From the NCBI GenBank assembly GCA_027491435.1, contig JAOZFG010000004.1:96001-160000 (forward strand): a stretch of DNA of 64,000 bases, written 5' to 3'. Numbering within the stretch: the first letter of the stretch is position 1; every line of letters starts with the position of its first letter. The notes below the pieces were generated by a model. That model saw nothing but the letters and a program-made list of their open reading frames with translations, was not told the DNA's origin and made no database searches. A program made the position numbers and the translations under genes. This document shows positions 54,564 through 64,000 of the stretch, piece after piece. Source of the DNA: Thermoproteota archaeon. GTDB taxonomy: Archaea > Korarchaeota > Korarchaeia > Korarchaeales > Korarchaeaceae.

Positions 54564-55751
54564 GTGATAGAAGGGATCAAAATCCTCGATTTTTCTCGCG
54601 TTCTAGCCGGTCCCTTTGTAACCATGATTCTGGGGGAGTTGGGGGCCGACGTCATAAAGGTAGAGCCCCCAAGAGGAGATGAGACCCGTCAATGGAGCCC
54701 CATAGTCAATGGGGAGAGCGCTTACTTCATGAGTATAAACAGGAACAAGAGGAGCATAGTGATAAACCTGAAGGATGAGAGGGGCAGGGAGATAGTTCAC
54801 AAGCTGGTTAGAGAAGCTGATGTAGTTGTAGAGAACTTCAGGGCCGGTGTCGCTAAGTCCTTGGGAATAGATTACGAAACTCTGAAGGAGATAAACCCCA
54901 AACTCATCTATTGTAGCATCAGGGGGTTCGGAGACAGCAGCCCCTACTCTCAAAGGCCAGCCTACGACATAATACTGCAAGCCATGAGCGGCCTGATGGC
55001 AACTACCGGTGAAGAGGGCAGACCACCTGTTAGGGTCTCTTTCGCATTGTTCGACATAATCTCAGGGTTAATAGCTGCAATCTCAATATTAGGAGCTTTG
55101 ATAGAAAGGGAGAAGACGGGCAAGGGGAAGAGAATAGAGGTCTCTTTATATGACAGCTCGATATTCGGGATGAGCTATATCCCCATGATTTACCTGATGA
55201 CCGGCAGGGTTCCGCCAAGGCTGGGCTCAGCCCATCCATCAATAGTGCCTTATCAGGCCTTCCTGTGCAAGGATGGGAAGTGGCTGATAGTGGCGGTGAC
55301 TAACGAGAAGTTCTGGTCGAACTTCTGTAGGGCCATCGGCAGAGAGGATCTGATAGAAGATGAAAGGTTCAGGACGAATCCGGACAGGGTGAGGAATAGA
55401 GACCTGTTAATCCCAATCCTAGAGGAGATCATGAAGGGAAAGACAAGAGAAGAGTGGATGAAGATATTTGAGGAGTACGGCGTCCCCTATGGGCCCGTTT
55501 ACGAACTTAATGAGGTGTTTGAAGACCCCCATATCAAGTCCTCTCGCATAGTAGTTGAGTTAGACCACGAGTCCCTGGATAAAGTCAAGCAGATACTGTT
55601 TCCTGCCTTATTTGACGGCCGTAGGCTGAAGCCCAAGTCGGCTCCCCCGACCTTAGGTAGTAGCGCAAGGGAGATATTAAAGGAACTGGGTTACCCAGAT
55701 GATCTCGTAGATTCCCTAATAAGCGAGGGGGTAGTTTGCTGTGATAGGTAG
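54564..55751 (+). CDS. CoA-transferase family III (CaiB/BaiF)
   Basis: LAGPF, GADVIKVE, NRNKRS, ENFR, YD...QAMSG, D169-equivalent in FDIISG. Confidence 0.92.
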   Translation: MIEGIKILDFSRVLAGPFVTMILGELGADVIKVEPPRGDETRQWSPIVNGESAYFMSINRNKRSIVINLKDERGREIVHKLVREADVVVENFRAGVAKSLGIDYETLKEINPKLIYCSIRGFGDSSPYSQRPAYDIILQAMSGLMATTGEEGRPPVRVSFALFDIISGLIAAISILGALIEREKTGKGKRIEVSLYDSSIFGMSYIPMIYLMTGRVPPRLGSAHPSIVPYQAFLCKDGKWLIVAVTNEKFWSNFCRAIGREDLIEDERFRTNPDRVRNRDLLIPILEEIMKGKTREEWMKIFEEYGVPYGPVYELNEVFEDPHIKSSRIVVELDHESLDKVKQILFPALFDGRRLKPKSAPPTLGSSAREILKELGYPDDLVDSLISEGVVCCDR

Positions 55752-57042
55752 AGTTAAGGCCCTACTGTTGCTAACCCTGTTAGTCTTAGTGGGCGTAGCC
55801 CTTTTCGTTTTCATAACATTTACCTCGGAGAACACGTTAAAATCAGAGATACTAGCTCCTAAGAAGACGGAGTACATAGTCGTGGGTACAGTACTGCCCT
55901 TGACTGGGAAGTACTCGATAGAGGGGCTTAACGCTCTCAACGGAATTCAGACCATGATAGAATGGGTAAACGTACACAAGGGCGGACTTAATATTGGAGG
56001 AAGGCTCTACAAGTTAAAGCTGGTCTACTTCGACTCCAAGAGCTCTCCTGAGGAGACCACCAGATTGTACAGGGAGCTTCAGGAGAATTACAAGGTGGAC
56101 TTCTTCTTAGGCCCCTACACCAGTAAGCTGACCGTAGCGGCCTTGAAAGCCGTAAAGGACAAGATAATGATGATTCACGGGGGAGCCAGCGACATGTTGA
56201 TAAGGATGGGATACAAGTACGCTGTTCAGGTGATAACCCCTGCCAGCTTCTACATGAAGGGAGTAGTAGACCTAATCGCTGAGAAGGACCCAAACGCCAA
56301 AATAGCACTCATATATGAGGAATCTCCGTTCTCGCTTTCAGTAGCTGGAGGTGTCCGATCTCAGGTGAAGTATCATAACATGTACGGTAAGAAGATAGAG
56401 ATAGTTTATGATAAAGCTTACAGAAGTCTAGAAGATATACCGAAACTCGTGGAGGAGGCGATGAACTCTGGGGCTACCGTGTTGATAGGAGGGGGGCACT
56501 TTGAAGACAGCTCCTACTTGGTTGAGACGGCTTGGAAGAAGGGATGGAGGCTTAAGGCCTTAGGAATACTGATAGCTCCCGTGTTCCCCGAATTTTACGA
56601 TAGGTTAGGTGAGGCTGCCAATTACGTGATGGCTCCAACTCAATGGGAGCCTTCAGCCAACTACAACCCAATATTGGCCACGAAGATAGGCGTTGAATGG
56701 TACGGACCTCCTATAGAAGAGTTCGTCCACATGTACAAGAACCTAACTAGGGGAGAGGAGCCCACTTATCAAGCCGCTGAAGCAGCTGCAGCGGTCCTAT
56801 ATCTAGTGAGGGCCATAGAAGAGGCTAACAGCCTTGATCAGAAGGCTGTAAGAGACGCCTTCAACAAGCTCGACATTCTAACGTTCTTCGGAAGGCTCAA
56901 GATAGACCCGGCAACTGGTATGCAGGTGACCCACGAGATGTTGATAGTCCAGTGGCAGGACGGTAAGAAGGTGATAGTCTACCCGGAGAAGGTGGCCCAA
57001 AAGGAGCCCGTTTACCCTGCAGGCAGGTGGTGGACCGGTTGA
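55741..57042 (+). CDS. Second Liv-type substrate-binding protein (paralogue of 49746-51101)
   Basis: Shares long blocks with the first SBP (VVDLIAEKDPNAKIALIYE, AAEAAAAVL, DILTFFGRLKIDP). Confidence 0.9.
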   Translation: MIGRVKALLLLTLLVLVGVALFVFITFTSENTLKSEILAPKKTEYIVVGTVLPLTGKYSIEGLNALNGIQTMIEWVNVHKGGLNIGGRLYKLKLVYFDSKSSPEETTRLYRELQENYKVDFFLGPYTSKLTVAALKAVKDKIMMIHGGASDMLIRMGYKYAVQVITPASFYMKGVVDLIAEKDPNAKIALIYEESPFSLSVAGGVRSQVKYHNMYGKKIEIVYDKAYRSLEDIPKLVEEAMNSGATVLIGGGHFEDSSYLVETAWKKGWRLKALGILIAPVFPEFYDRLGEAANYVMAPTQWEPSANYNPILATKIGVEWYGPPIEEFVHMYKNLTRGEEPTYQAAEAAAAVLYLVRAIEEANSLDQKAVRDAFNKLDILTFFGRLKIDPATGMQVTHEMLIVQWQDGKKVIVYPEKVAQKEPVYPAGRWWTG

Positions 57043-57650
57043 GGGACAGGATAGACGCCACTATACTCAAGAGCTCAGCTAGCGTTCAGGAGGTAATTGA
57101 CTTCGCGCTGAAGGTCGATGCAGGTAGGTTTAGGGCCCTAGCCACCTACCCCTTCTTTTATCTCTATATGCAAGGCCTAGACCTGAGGGTGAAAAAGGTA
57201 GGGGTCGTGGACTTCCCCTATGGCGTCTCCCCAGTAAATGTTAAGGTGAAGGAGGCCCTCCTATGCAAGGAGCTCAGGTTAGACGAGATAGATTACGTAG
57301 TTAACATAGCGGCCTTCAAGAGTTTTCCTGGCTATGCCAGGCAGGAAGCTCTAAGCATAACTTCGGCCTTTCCGGGAACCGTCAAGGCCATAGTGGAGGT
57401 CCCCTTGCTGACCGAGGATGAGCTCTCAAGGCTCGTGGAGGAGCTTAGGGGATCTGGTGTCAGCTTCCTGAAGACCTCTACAGGCCTTTACAGGCCTGTA
57501 ACTCCGGAAGACGTGAGGAAGTTAAGGAAAATATCCAAGGGAGACTTCCTGATAAAGGCCTCCGGAGGAATCAGGGACTCGAAGACGGCCAAGAAGCTGA
57601 TAGAGGCAGGGGCTGACGTCCTAGGGACTAGCACCCCCTTCAACTTTTAG
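57027..57650 (+). CDS. deoC: Deoxyribose-phosphate aldolase
   Basis: IDAT.L, DFPYG, DEIDYV.N, KAIVE, FLKTSTG, IKASGGIR, LGTS. Confidence 0.88.
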   Translation: MVDRLRDRIDATILKSSASVQEVIDFALKVDAGRFRALATYPFFYLYMQGLDLRVKKVGVVDFPYGVSPVNVKVKEALLCKELRLDEIDYVVNIAAFKSFPGYARQEALSITSAFPGTVKAIVEVPLLTEDELSRLVEELRGSGVSFLKTSTGLYRPVTPEDVRKLRKISKGDFLIKASGGIRDSKTAKKLIEAGADVLGTSTPFNF

Positions 57651-58955
57651 AGCCTCCTTCAGTAACGACTCCCCCAACTCAAATAGCCTCTTAAGTGCGT
57701 GAGGAGTTTCCGCTTCCACGTACAGCCTGAACAGGGGCTCAGTACCTGAGGGTCGGATTAAGAACCACCCCTCTTGAAAATCAACCCTCACGCCGTCTAT
57801 ATGAGAAAAGCTCCCGTCAAGTTGGCTTGTTAACTCCATAACCCTCTTCAACACTTCCCCCTTCACCTTATCTGGGCAGTAGTAGCCTCTCTTCTTCCTG
57901 AAGTATTTGGGGAACTTCTCGAATAGGCCGGACGGCCTCTTGGCTAGGTTAACTAGTTTAATTAACGTGTACAGTGGATCCCCATAGAGTAGGTTGTCCG
58001 GCCATATGTACTTGCCGCTCTCCTCAAAACCTAAGAATCCACCTTCTTTCAGAAGGGCATCTACTATGGCCGGAGGTCCTATCCTAGTGTATACAACGCG
58101 AATACCCCTCTCCGCCAGCAGGGTAACCACTCTAGAAGTGTTTATGGGGCAGATCACCACATCCCCTGGCTTACCGTATTCCATGGCCAACAAAGTGCCC
58201 AAGTAATCTGGGGGTATGACTTCCCCCCTTTCATCCACAAAGATCGCCCTGTCGCCATCCCCATCAAAGGAAATCCCTAGATCAGCTCCCTCATCTCTTA
58301 CCTTAGCTCTCAGCCTGGCCAGGCTATTTTCATCTGGCTCGGGTGCCCTTTTAGGGAAGGTTCCATCGAGCTCCTCGTTGTACACCACGTAGTCGAACTC
58401 GAGGGCGTCAAAGACACCCTTTAACGCCCTTACAATGGGGGAATGGCCACCGTCAGCCACCACTTTAAGCTTTCTAGGCTCGATCTCAACCTCTAACAGG
58501 TCCTCTAGGTAGTGCCTATCAGGATCTTCCTCTGACAATTTACCTACGTCCCTCCATGAGGCCCCTCGAGAACTCCCCTCGGACAATATCCTCTCCACAA
58601 GGGCCTCATGCTCCCCGTGGAGCTCTGAGGTATCCTCTTCAAAGAGCAGAATGCCGTGTATTTCTGGGGGCGTGTGAGAACCCGTCACCACCGCTGAGCC
58701 CTTCAGCCCGAGCGACTTGGACGCGTGGAGCGCCGATGGGGTTGAAGTGATCCCATAGTAAATTACGTCGTTTCCCGTGTACATTATCCCAGACATTAAA
58801 GCCAAGGAGAGTAGCTCGCTTCCAAGCCTGGTGTCCCTACCAACCCCCACTGTTCCCCTCGCGAAGGTTGAGAAGGCCATGCCCAACCTCAGCGCCAGCT
58901 CGGGAGTTAGCCTATCCAGAGTCCCCCTTATCCCGGAGGTCCCGAACAACCTCAT
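57621..58955 (-). CDS. Alpha-D-phosphohexomutase-family enzyme (possible phosphopentomutase)
   Basis: FGTSGIRG, GRDTR, TGSHTP phosphoserine loop, FDGDGDR, EESG, RPSGTEP. Confidence 0.88.
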   Translation of the reverse strand: MRLFGTSGIRGTLDRLTPELALRLGMAFSTFARGTVGVGRDTRLGSELLSLALMSGIMYTGNDVIYYGITSTPSALHASKSLGLKGSAVVTGSHTPPEIHGILLFEEDTSELHGEHEALVERILSEGSSRGASWRDVGKLSEEDPDRHYLEDLLEVEIEPRKLKVVADGGHSPIVRALKGVFDALEFDYVVYNEELDGTFPKRAPEPDENSLARLRAKVRDEGADLGISFDGDGDRAIFVDERGEVIPPDYLGTLLAMEYGKPGDVVICPINTSRVVTLLAERGIRVVYTRIGPPAIVDALLKEGGFLGFEESGKYIWPDNLLYGDPLYTLIKLVNLAKRPSGLFEKFPKYFRKKRGYYCPDKVKGEVLKRVMELTSQLDGSFSHIDGVRVDFQEGWFLIRPSGTEPLFRLYVEAETPHALKRLFELGESLLKEALKVEGGASP

Positions 58956-58996
58956 CCGCAGTCGCCCACCCTTATAACTTATAATCTTGGGTTAAC

Positions 58997-59980
58997 TTGA
59001 TCCCCATGAAGGCGGCCTTACTTTACGGTCCTAAGGACATCAGGGTTGAGGAGGTTCCCGAACCCAGTGGAGAGGTGCTAATTGAGGTTGAGGAGGTGGG
59101 CATATGCGGCACAGACAAGTCGCTCTACAGGGGAACCTACAGGCTGAAGAAGAGGCCCCTGATCCCAGGTCACGAGATCTCCGGAAAGGTCGTCTCGGCC
59201 CCAGTTGAAGGGCTTATAGGCAAGAGGGTGACCACGGAGATAAACATCTCTTGCGGAAAGTGCTGGTACTGCAGGCGAGGGATGGAGACCCATTGCCCAT
59301 ACAGGAAGGCAATAGGCATATCCACCGACGGGGGGATGGCAGAACTGCTCAGCGTCCCCTTAAAGCTGGTTCACCCGGTGGATTTACCTCCGGAGGAGGC
59401 AAGCTTCGTGGAACCACTGGCCGCCGTTATAGAGACCTTTGTGATGGCTCCCCCTGAAGAGGGCTCCAATTTCCTGATTCTGGGAGCCGGGACCATAGCC
59501 TTGCTGACCGCTCAATACGTTAGGACGTTCAAACCTGGTGACGTGGTGATAACCGCTAGGGGAGATTCGCCTAAGAGGGAGATGGCCTCTAGATACGCCC
59601 GATTCGTTCCGTTAGAGGAGCTAGATAGCTACAAGAGAAAGGAAACACCGGAAGGAGCTGGATTCGATTACGTGATAGAGGCCACAGGAAGCCCTGAAGG
59701 AGCTAAGCTAGCTCTAGAACACGTTAGGCCCAGGGGAGTGGTGGCCGCTAAATCCACTCACGGCGAGATTGTTGGTTTGGATTACACTTCACTGGTTGTC
59801 AAGGAGGTCTCCCTGGTAGGCAGCAGGTGCGGCCCCTTTGACAAGGCCATAGAAGCCATATCTTCTGGAGTAGTTGAGGTAACCTCTCTGATAACGTCGA
59901 AGTTCTCCTTGGATGAAGTCAAAGAGGCGTTCGAGACCTCCCTAAAAAGGGATCAGGTGAAGGTGCACATCATTCCTTAA
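58997..59980 (+). CDS. Zinc-dependent (MDR) alcohol/sugar dehydrogenase
   Basis: GICGTD, GHE, CGKCWYC...HC, EPLA, GAGTIA, GSRCGPF. Confidence 0.9.
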   Translation: MIPMKAALLYGPKDIRVEEVPEPSGEVLIEVEEVGICGTDKSLYRGTYRLKKRPLIPGHEISGKVVSAPVEGLIGKRVTTEINISCGKCWYCRRGMETHCPYRKAIGISTDGGMAELLSVPLKLVHPVDLPPEEASFVEPLAAVIETFVMAPPEEGSNFLILGAGTIALLTAQYVRTFKPGDVVITARGDSPKREMASRYARFVPLEELDSYKRKETPEGAGFDYVIEATGSPEGAKLALEHVRPRGVVAAKSTHGEIVGLDYTSLVVKEVSLVGSRCGPFDKAIEAISSGVVEVTSLITSKFSLDEVKEAFETSLKRDQVKVHIIP

Positions 59981-60869
59981 TGTACGGCTTCCCCAGCGCC
60001 GGCGGTATCTTGGCCTTCCTCATGAAGACGGTCACCACGGCTAGGGTAGCTACGTAAGGAACTATCTTGAACAAGTACGCCATTGACGGGTTTAAGCTGA
60101 CCACGCTAAGGTAGATTGCCAAGGATTCAAAGAACCCGAAAATGAACCCGCCTAGCAGGGCGTTAATAGGGTTCCACTTGCTGAACACGACATTAGCCAG
60201 GGCTATGAACCCCCTTCCAGCGGTTATCTCCTTAGTAAACTGGCCCACCCAATCTAGGGAGAGGTGAGAGCCAGCCAAACCAGCGAGCATCCCCCCAACT
60301 ACCGTAGCTATGGACCTAACTCTCATCACGTTAACTCCCATAGCTTCAGCAGCCTTGGGGTCCTCCCCACAGGCCCTTATCATGAGACCCCACTTAGTCC
60401 TGAACAGGACGTACCAGGATAGCAGGCTTATCGCGACGCTAACTGGCAGCAGGGTGGAGATGGGATAACAGCATACGTATATCTTGGGAAGGGTGGGTAG
60501 CTGAGGGGAGTTACCGTAGGTGCCCCACATGTAAACCAGGGTTACGACGGACATTCCGTAGGCGAATAAGTTCACCCCAACTCCTATCACTATCTGATCT
60601 CCCCTAAGTAGAACCCCTAGGAGGGCGTGTAGCGCTCCAAGGAGAGCTCCGGTTACCAGCCCCACCGTAATGGCTAAGGCCAGATTTCCTGTGTAGTAAG
60701 CAGTGACCCCTGAAGTCAGGGCTGACAGCAACATCGTCCCCTCTATGCCTATGTTCACCACCCCAGACCTCTCCGCTATTATCTCCCCAACTCCCGCTAG
60801 AACCAGAGGTATCATGGGAGGTATAGAGCCCGCTATCAGGTCGGCAACCTCACTCAGCACCTCTACCAA
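59970..60869 (-). CDS. Nucleoside/sugar (CUT2-type) ABC permease 2
   Basis: ERSGVVNIGIEG, RACGEDP.AA..MG, GRGFIALA, PYV.T, P.ALG.PY. Confidence 0.9.
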   Translation of the reverse strand: MVEVLSEVADLIAGSIPPMIPLVLAGVGEIIAERSGVVNIGIEGTMLLSALTSGVTAYYTGNLALAITVGLVTGALLGALHALLGVLLRGDQIVIGVGVNLFAYGMSVVTLVYMWGTYGNSPQLPTLPKIYVCCYPISTLLPVSVAISLLSWYVLFRTKWGLMIRACGEDPKAAEAMGVNVMRVRSIATVVGGMLAGLAGSHLSLDWVGQFTKEITAGRGFIALANVVFSKWNPINALLGGFIFGFFESLAIYLSVVSLNPSMAYLFKIVPYVATLAVVTVFMRKAKIPPALGKPYIKE

Positions 60870-61893
60870 CCTTCCTCACCCTTAAGTAGCTTATCAGCAT
60901 CCTATAGGCGTAGGGCATCGCCAACGATATTATTATAACCCCGCTAAGAGCGTCTGTGAGCTCTTTGGGAACGTTCATCGAGACTTGCATTCTCTGACCG
61001 CCTAGCAACAACATGGAGAAGAATATGGACGAGAGGATTATCCCGATCGGGTTGTTTCTCCCCATGAGCGCCACGCCTATGCCGTCAAACCCCATCCCAT
61101 ACATGGAGGTTAGGAGCTGATCCATGTAGTACGTGAAACCTATAACGTTAAGGGCCCCGCTGAACCCGCCGAACACACCTCCCAGGGCCATTGATAGGGT
61201 GAAAGTCCTCCTCGGGTTTATGCCCGCATAAACAGCTGACCTCCTGGAAAGCCCTGAGACCCTGATCTCATATCCTAGCTTAGTGTGATAGACTAGGAAG
61301 TAGGCCACTAAGGCCAGGGCTATGGACACTAGAAAGGAAACGTGAAGCTTAACCCCGCTCAGGTCTATTGTAGACAGCCTAGAGCCTTCAGGAACTGAGA
61401 CAGACCTGTAAGGAGCTAAGGGATTGTAGAGGTACGTGGTTATCAGGTAGATGGAGAGGTAGTAAAAGGTCCAGTTCATCATTATGGCAGTTATCACCTC
61501 ATTTACTTCTCTATAAGCCCTTAAAGCCCCTATTACGAGCCCCACTAACCCTCCTGCCAGGGCCCCAGACGCCAAAGGCAGCAAGGGGTTGGGAGAATAA
61601 AGGGAGACGGCCAGGGCAACTAGACCTCCCACGTACATCTGGCCCTCTCCTCCTATGTTGAAGGCCGACGCTAAAGCTGGCACCGAGAAGGCCAGACCGG
61701 TCATCATGATCAGTGAAGACCTGCTCAACAGGTAGTCTGGGTCAGATAGACCCCCAAGGGTTATCAGGTAGAGTCCCTTTAAGGGGTCGAATCCCATAAG
61801 GCTCATTATCAAGGCAGCTACTGAGAAACCGGCTAGTACTGAGCCGATTACCTCCAACACAAACTGAAGGTATTCCCTAAGCACGTACACCAC
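60850..61893 (-). CDS. Nucleoside/sugar ABC permease 1
   Basis: FNIGGEGQ, NEVIT.IM.N, GFDGIGVALMGRNNP. Confidence 0.9.
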   Translation of the reverse strand: MVYVLREYLQFVLEVIGSVLAGFSVAALIMSLMGFDPLKGLYLITLGGLSDPDYLLSRSSLIMMTGLAFSVPALASAFNIGGEGQMYVGGLVALAVSLYSPNPLLPLASGALAGGLVGLVIGALRAYREVNEVITAIMMNWTFYYLSIYLITTYLYNPLAPYRSVSVPEGSRLSTIDLSGVKLHVSFLVSIALALVAYFLVYHTKLGYEIRVSGLSRRSAVYAGINPRRTFTLSMALGGVFGGFSGALNVIGFTYYMDQLLTSMYGMGFDGIGVALMGRNNPIGIILSSIFFSMLLLGGQRMQVSMNVPKELTDALSGVIIISLAMPYAYRMLISYLRVRKVGRGAE

Positions 61894-63367
61894 CCATTAA
61901 CAGGCCTATTCTCTCCAAACTGAAGCTCTCGGATGGGCCCTCAGCTATTATCTTCCCTTCGTACATGACAGCTATCCTATCGCTCAACTGAAATACCTCA
62001 TCCAAATCTGTGGAGACCAGGAGGATGGCCTTGCCAGAATCTCTTAACTCTAGTATCTTCTTTCTTACGTACTCAGTGGCCGCCACGTCCAATCCGTGAG
62101 TGGGCTCAGAGGCTATAACTAGAGAAGGATTTCTCGATATCTCCCTGCCCAACATGAACTTCTGTTGATTTCCACCGCTTAACCTTCCCACAGGAGTATT
62201 GAGGCTGTCCACTAACACGTTGAACGACTTGACTATTTTATCAGCCTCCTCTCTAGCCCTCCCCCATTCTATCACGGGTCCGCTGGAGAACTCCTTGATC
62301 CTAGTCAAGACCACGTTCTCGACGAGGTTCATCTCCATCACTAGCCCGACAGGCCTTAGGTCTGGTATATAAGCTAGACCCCTATCGTAAACCTCCCTAG
62401 TAGCCCTGCCAGTTAACTCTTCACCGCCTATGATGACCTGTCCCCTCTGCGCTTTCCTGATTCCAACGATGGCTTCGACCAGCTCCTTCTGACCGTTGCC
62501 CTGCACACCTGCGATCCCAACTATTTCCCCCTCCCTGACCGTTAAGGAAGCGCCTTTGACAGCCCAGACGCCGTCATCGCCCTCGACCCACAAGTCCTTG
62601 ACCTTGAGGACGGGCCTTCCTGGGCTGACCTTTTTGCGGCTCAGTTGAAACAGAACCTCCCTTCCCACCATCATCCTAGCTAGCTCTACGTCGCTCACTT
62701 CCTCAGTCCTGTGAGTGCCAACCACCCTGCCCCTTCGAAGCACCGTCACCCTATCGGTAATTTCCCTAACCTCCTTCAACTTGTGGGTTATGAATATTAT
62801 GGTCAAACCATCATCCCTGAGCCTCCTTAGAACCTTAAAGAGGTCCCTCACTTCTAAAGGCGTCAGAACTGAAGTGGGCTCGTCCAGTATGAGTACCTTG
62901 GCCTCCCTGACTAAGGCCTTAAGTATCTCAACCCTCTGCCTCATCCCAACCGGTAGATTAGACACCTCCTGATCTAAGGGGACCTTCAGACCAGTTGCCT
63001 CTATTAGATAATCTAACCTCTTCCTTACAGCCCTCTCATCCATCCCTATGCGAGTTGAGGATAGGACGATGTTTTCCATGACGGTGAATCCCTCTACCAG
63101 GGAAAACTTCTGGTAGACCATACCTATGCCGGCCTTAATGGCATCCCACGGACCGGAGAACCTCGCCTCCCTTCCGAACACCTTGATTCTACCGCCAGTC
63201 GGCTTGATCTCCCCGTACAATATCCTCATTAACGTCGTCTTTCCAGCGCCGTTCTCCCCAAGCAATCCGTGGATCTCGCCTTGTTCAACGGAGAAAGACA
63301 CCCCCTTTAAAGCGTAGGTGCCGTCAGGGTATACCTTCCTAACTTCCTCGAAGGAAACTGCCTCCAT
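61877..63367 (-). CDS. Nucleoside/sugar ABC ATP-binding protein (two ABC domains)
   Basis: GENGAGKTT, QRVEILK, DEPT, ITHKL, GVQGNGQ, LSGGNQQK, PTHGLDV. Confidence 0.93.
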   Translation of the reverse strand: MEAVSFEEVRKVYPDGTYALKGVSFSVEQGEIHGLLGENGAGKTTLMRILYGEIKPTGGRIKVFGREARFSGPWDAIKAGIGMVYQKFSLVEGFTVMENIVLSSTRIGMDERAVRKRLDYLIEATGLKVPLDQEVSNLPVGMRQRVEILKALVREAKVLILDEPTSVLTPLEVRDLFKVLRRLRDDGLTIIFITHKLKEVREITDRVTVLRRGRVVGTHRTEEVSDVELARMMVGREVLFQLSRKKVSPGRPVLKVKDLWVEGDDGVWAVKGASLTVREGEIVGIAGVQGNGQKELVEAIVGIRKAQRGQVIIGGEELTGRATREVYDRGLAYIPDLRPVGLVMEMNLVENVVLTRIKEFSSGPVIEWGRAREEADKIVKSFNVLVDSLNTPVGRLSGGNQQKFMLGREISRNPSLVIASEPTHGLDVAATEYVRKKILELRDSGKAILLVSTDLDEVFQLSDRIAVMYEGKIIAEGPSESFSLERIGLLMGGVRA

Positions 63368-63391
63368 ATCAATTCCCTCAAAAAAGAGGGG

Positions 63392-64000
63392 TTAACTGGT
63401 GCTGCCCTTCGAGAGGGCAGCATCCAAGTTGCCTGCCTCGATCTCCTTTATTATCTGATCCCTTTCCTGAACGCTCATAGGGCTCTTAAACTCAATCTCT
63501 CCATTCTTTATCTTCTGTTCAAGCTCCTTAACTAAGTTCCAGATCTCGGGCTTTATGTACTTCTCCCTAAGCTTCTCCACTGTCTTAACTACGTCATCAG
63601 GAGTCATGTCCTTGAGCTTACCGTTTTTGTAAGCCTCCTCAGCGAACCACCTTACCTCCTCTAGCGTAGCTATACCAACCCCTCCCTCCTTAAGGCCTAG
63701 GGCTATTATGCCACCCTTCCAGGTTCCCTTGATCACCATCTCTATTGCAGTATAAACGGCGACGTCCACTCTCTTCCTGCCGCTTATGGGTATGTGCATA
63801 GGATCTATCCACTCCTGAGAGGCGTCCTGCCCTATGGCAAAGGCCTTCTCCTTATGTTGTTCCTCCCACTCCTTGACGGCAGTAAAGGCACCCAGGTGAG
63901 TGGCGCCGGCTAAACCGTAAACTACCCTCACTCCCTGCTTGAGCATCTGCTCAGTGTACTGTTTGCCCACGGCCGGGTCAGTGAACGTGCCCGTTATGGT
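63392..64000 (-). CDS. BMP-family ABC substrate-binding protein (5'-truncated by the window edge)
   Basis: GTFTDPAVGK, VVYGLAG, AIGQD..Q, KRVDVAV, GLKEGGVG; the frame is open to the window end. Confidence 0.85.
   Translation of the reverse strand, partial: TITGTFTDPAVGKQYTEQMLKQGVRVVYGLAGATHLGAFTAVKEWEEQHKEKAFAIGQDASQEWIDPMHIPISGRKRVDVAVYTAIEMVIKGTWKGGIIALGLKEGGVGIATLEEVRWFAEEAYKNGKLKDMTPDDVVKTVEKLREKYIKPEIWNLVKELEQKIKNGEIEFKSPMSVQERDQIIKEIEAGNLDAALSKGSTS

Overview
Gene-dense 64 kb chromosomal segment of a (hyper)thermophilic archaeon: AGG/ATA-rich codons, GGAGGTGA/GGTGA ribosome-binding sites, overlapping start/stop codons. Crenactin together with multi-OB Zn-finger RPA, short-form XPF, AsnRS and a PRC-barrel protein best fits a TACK lineage such as Korarchaeia (inference only). 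The window holds about 60 CDS and two tRNAs (Pro-TGG, Leu-TAA). Main blocks: ogt-crenactin; rtcA-rpa-xpf; a 2-oxoacid:ferredoxin oxidoreductase delta-alpha-beta set; an A/V-type ATPase cluster F-H-E-A-B-D-C without I/K; shikimate genes; a DNA-repair island (xpd divergent from MPE-HAD-lhr-nre); a Liv-type ABC operon; and a nucleoside uptake/deoxyribose salvage region. I saw no CRISPR array, transposase or integrase. Most notable: an intact but catalytically dead RuBisCO homologue, an Lhr operon carrying a PNKP-like HAD phosphatase and Nre, a winged-helix protein with a histone-tail-like N-terminus facing a small acidic protein across an AT-rich gap, a membrane metallopeptidase with a degenerate FHA-like tail, and other apparent pseudo-enzymes. 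All family calls rest on motif recognition by eye; no database searches were run.
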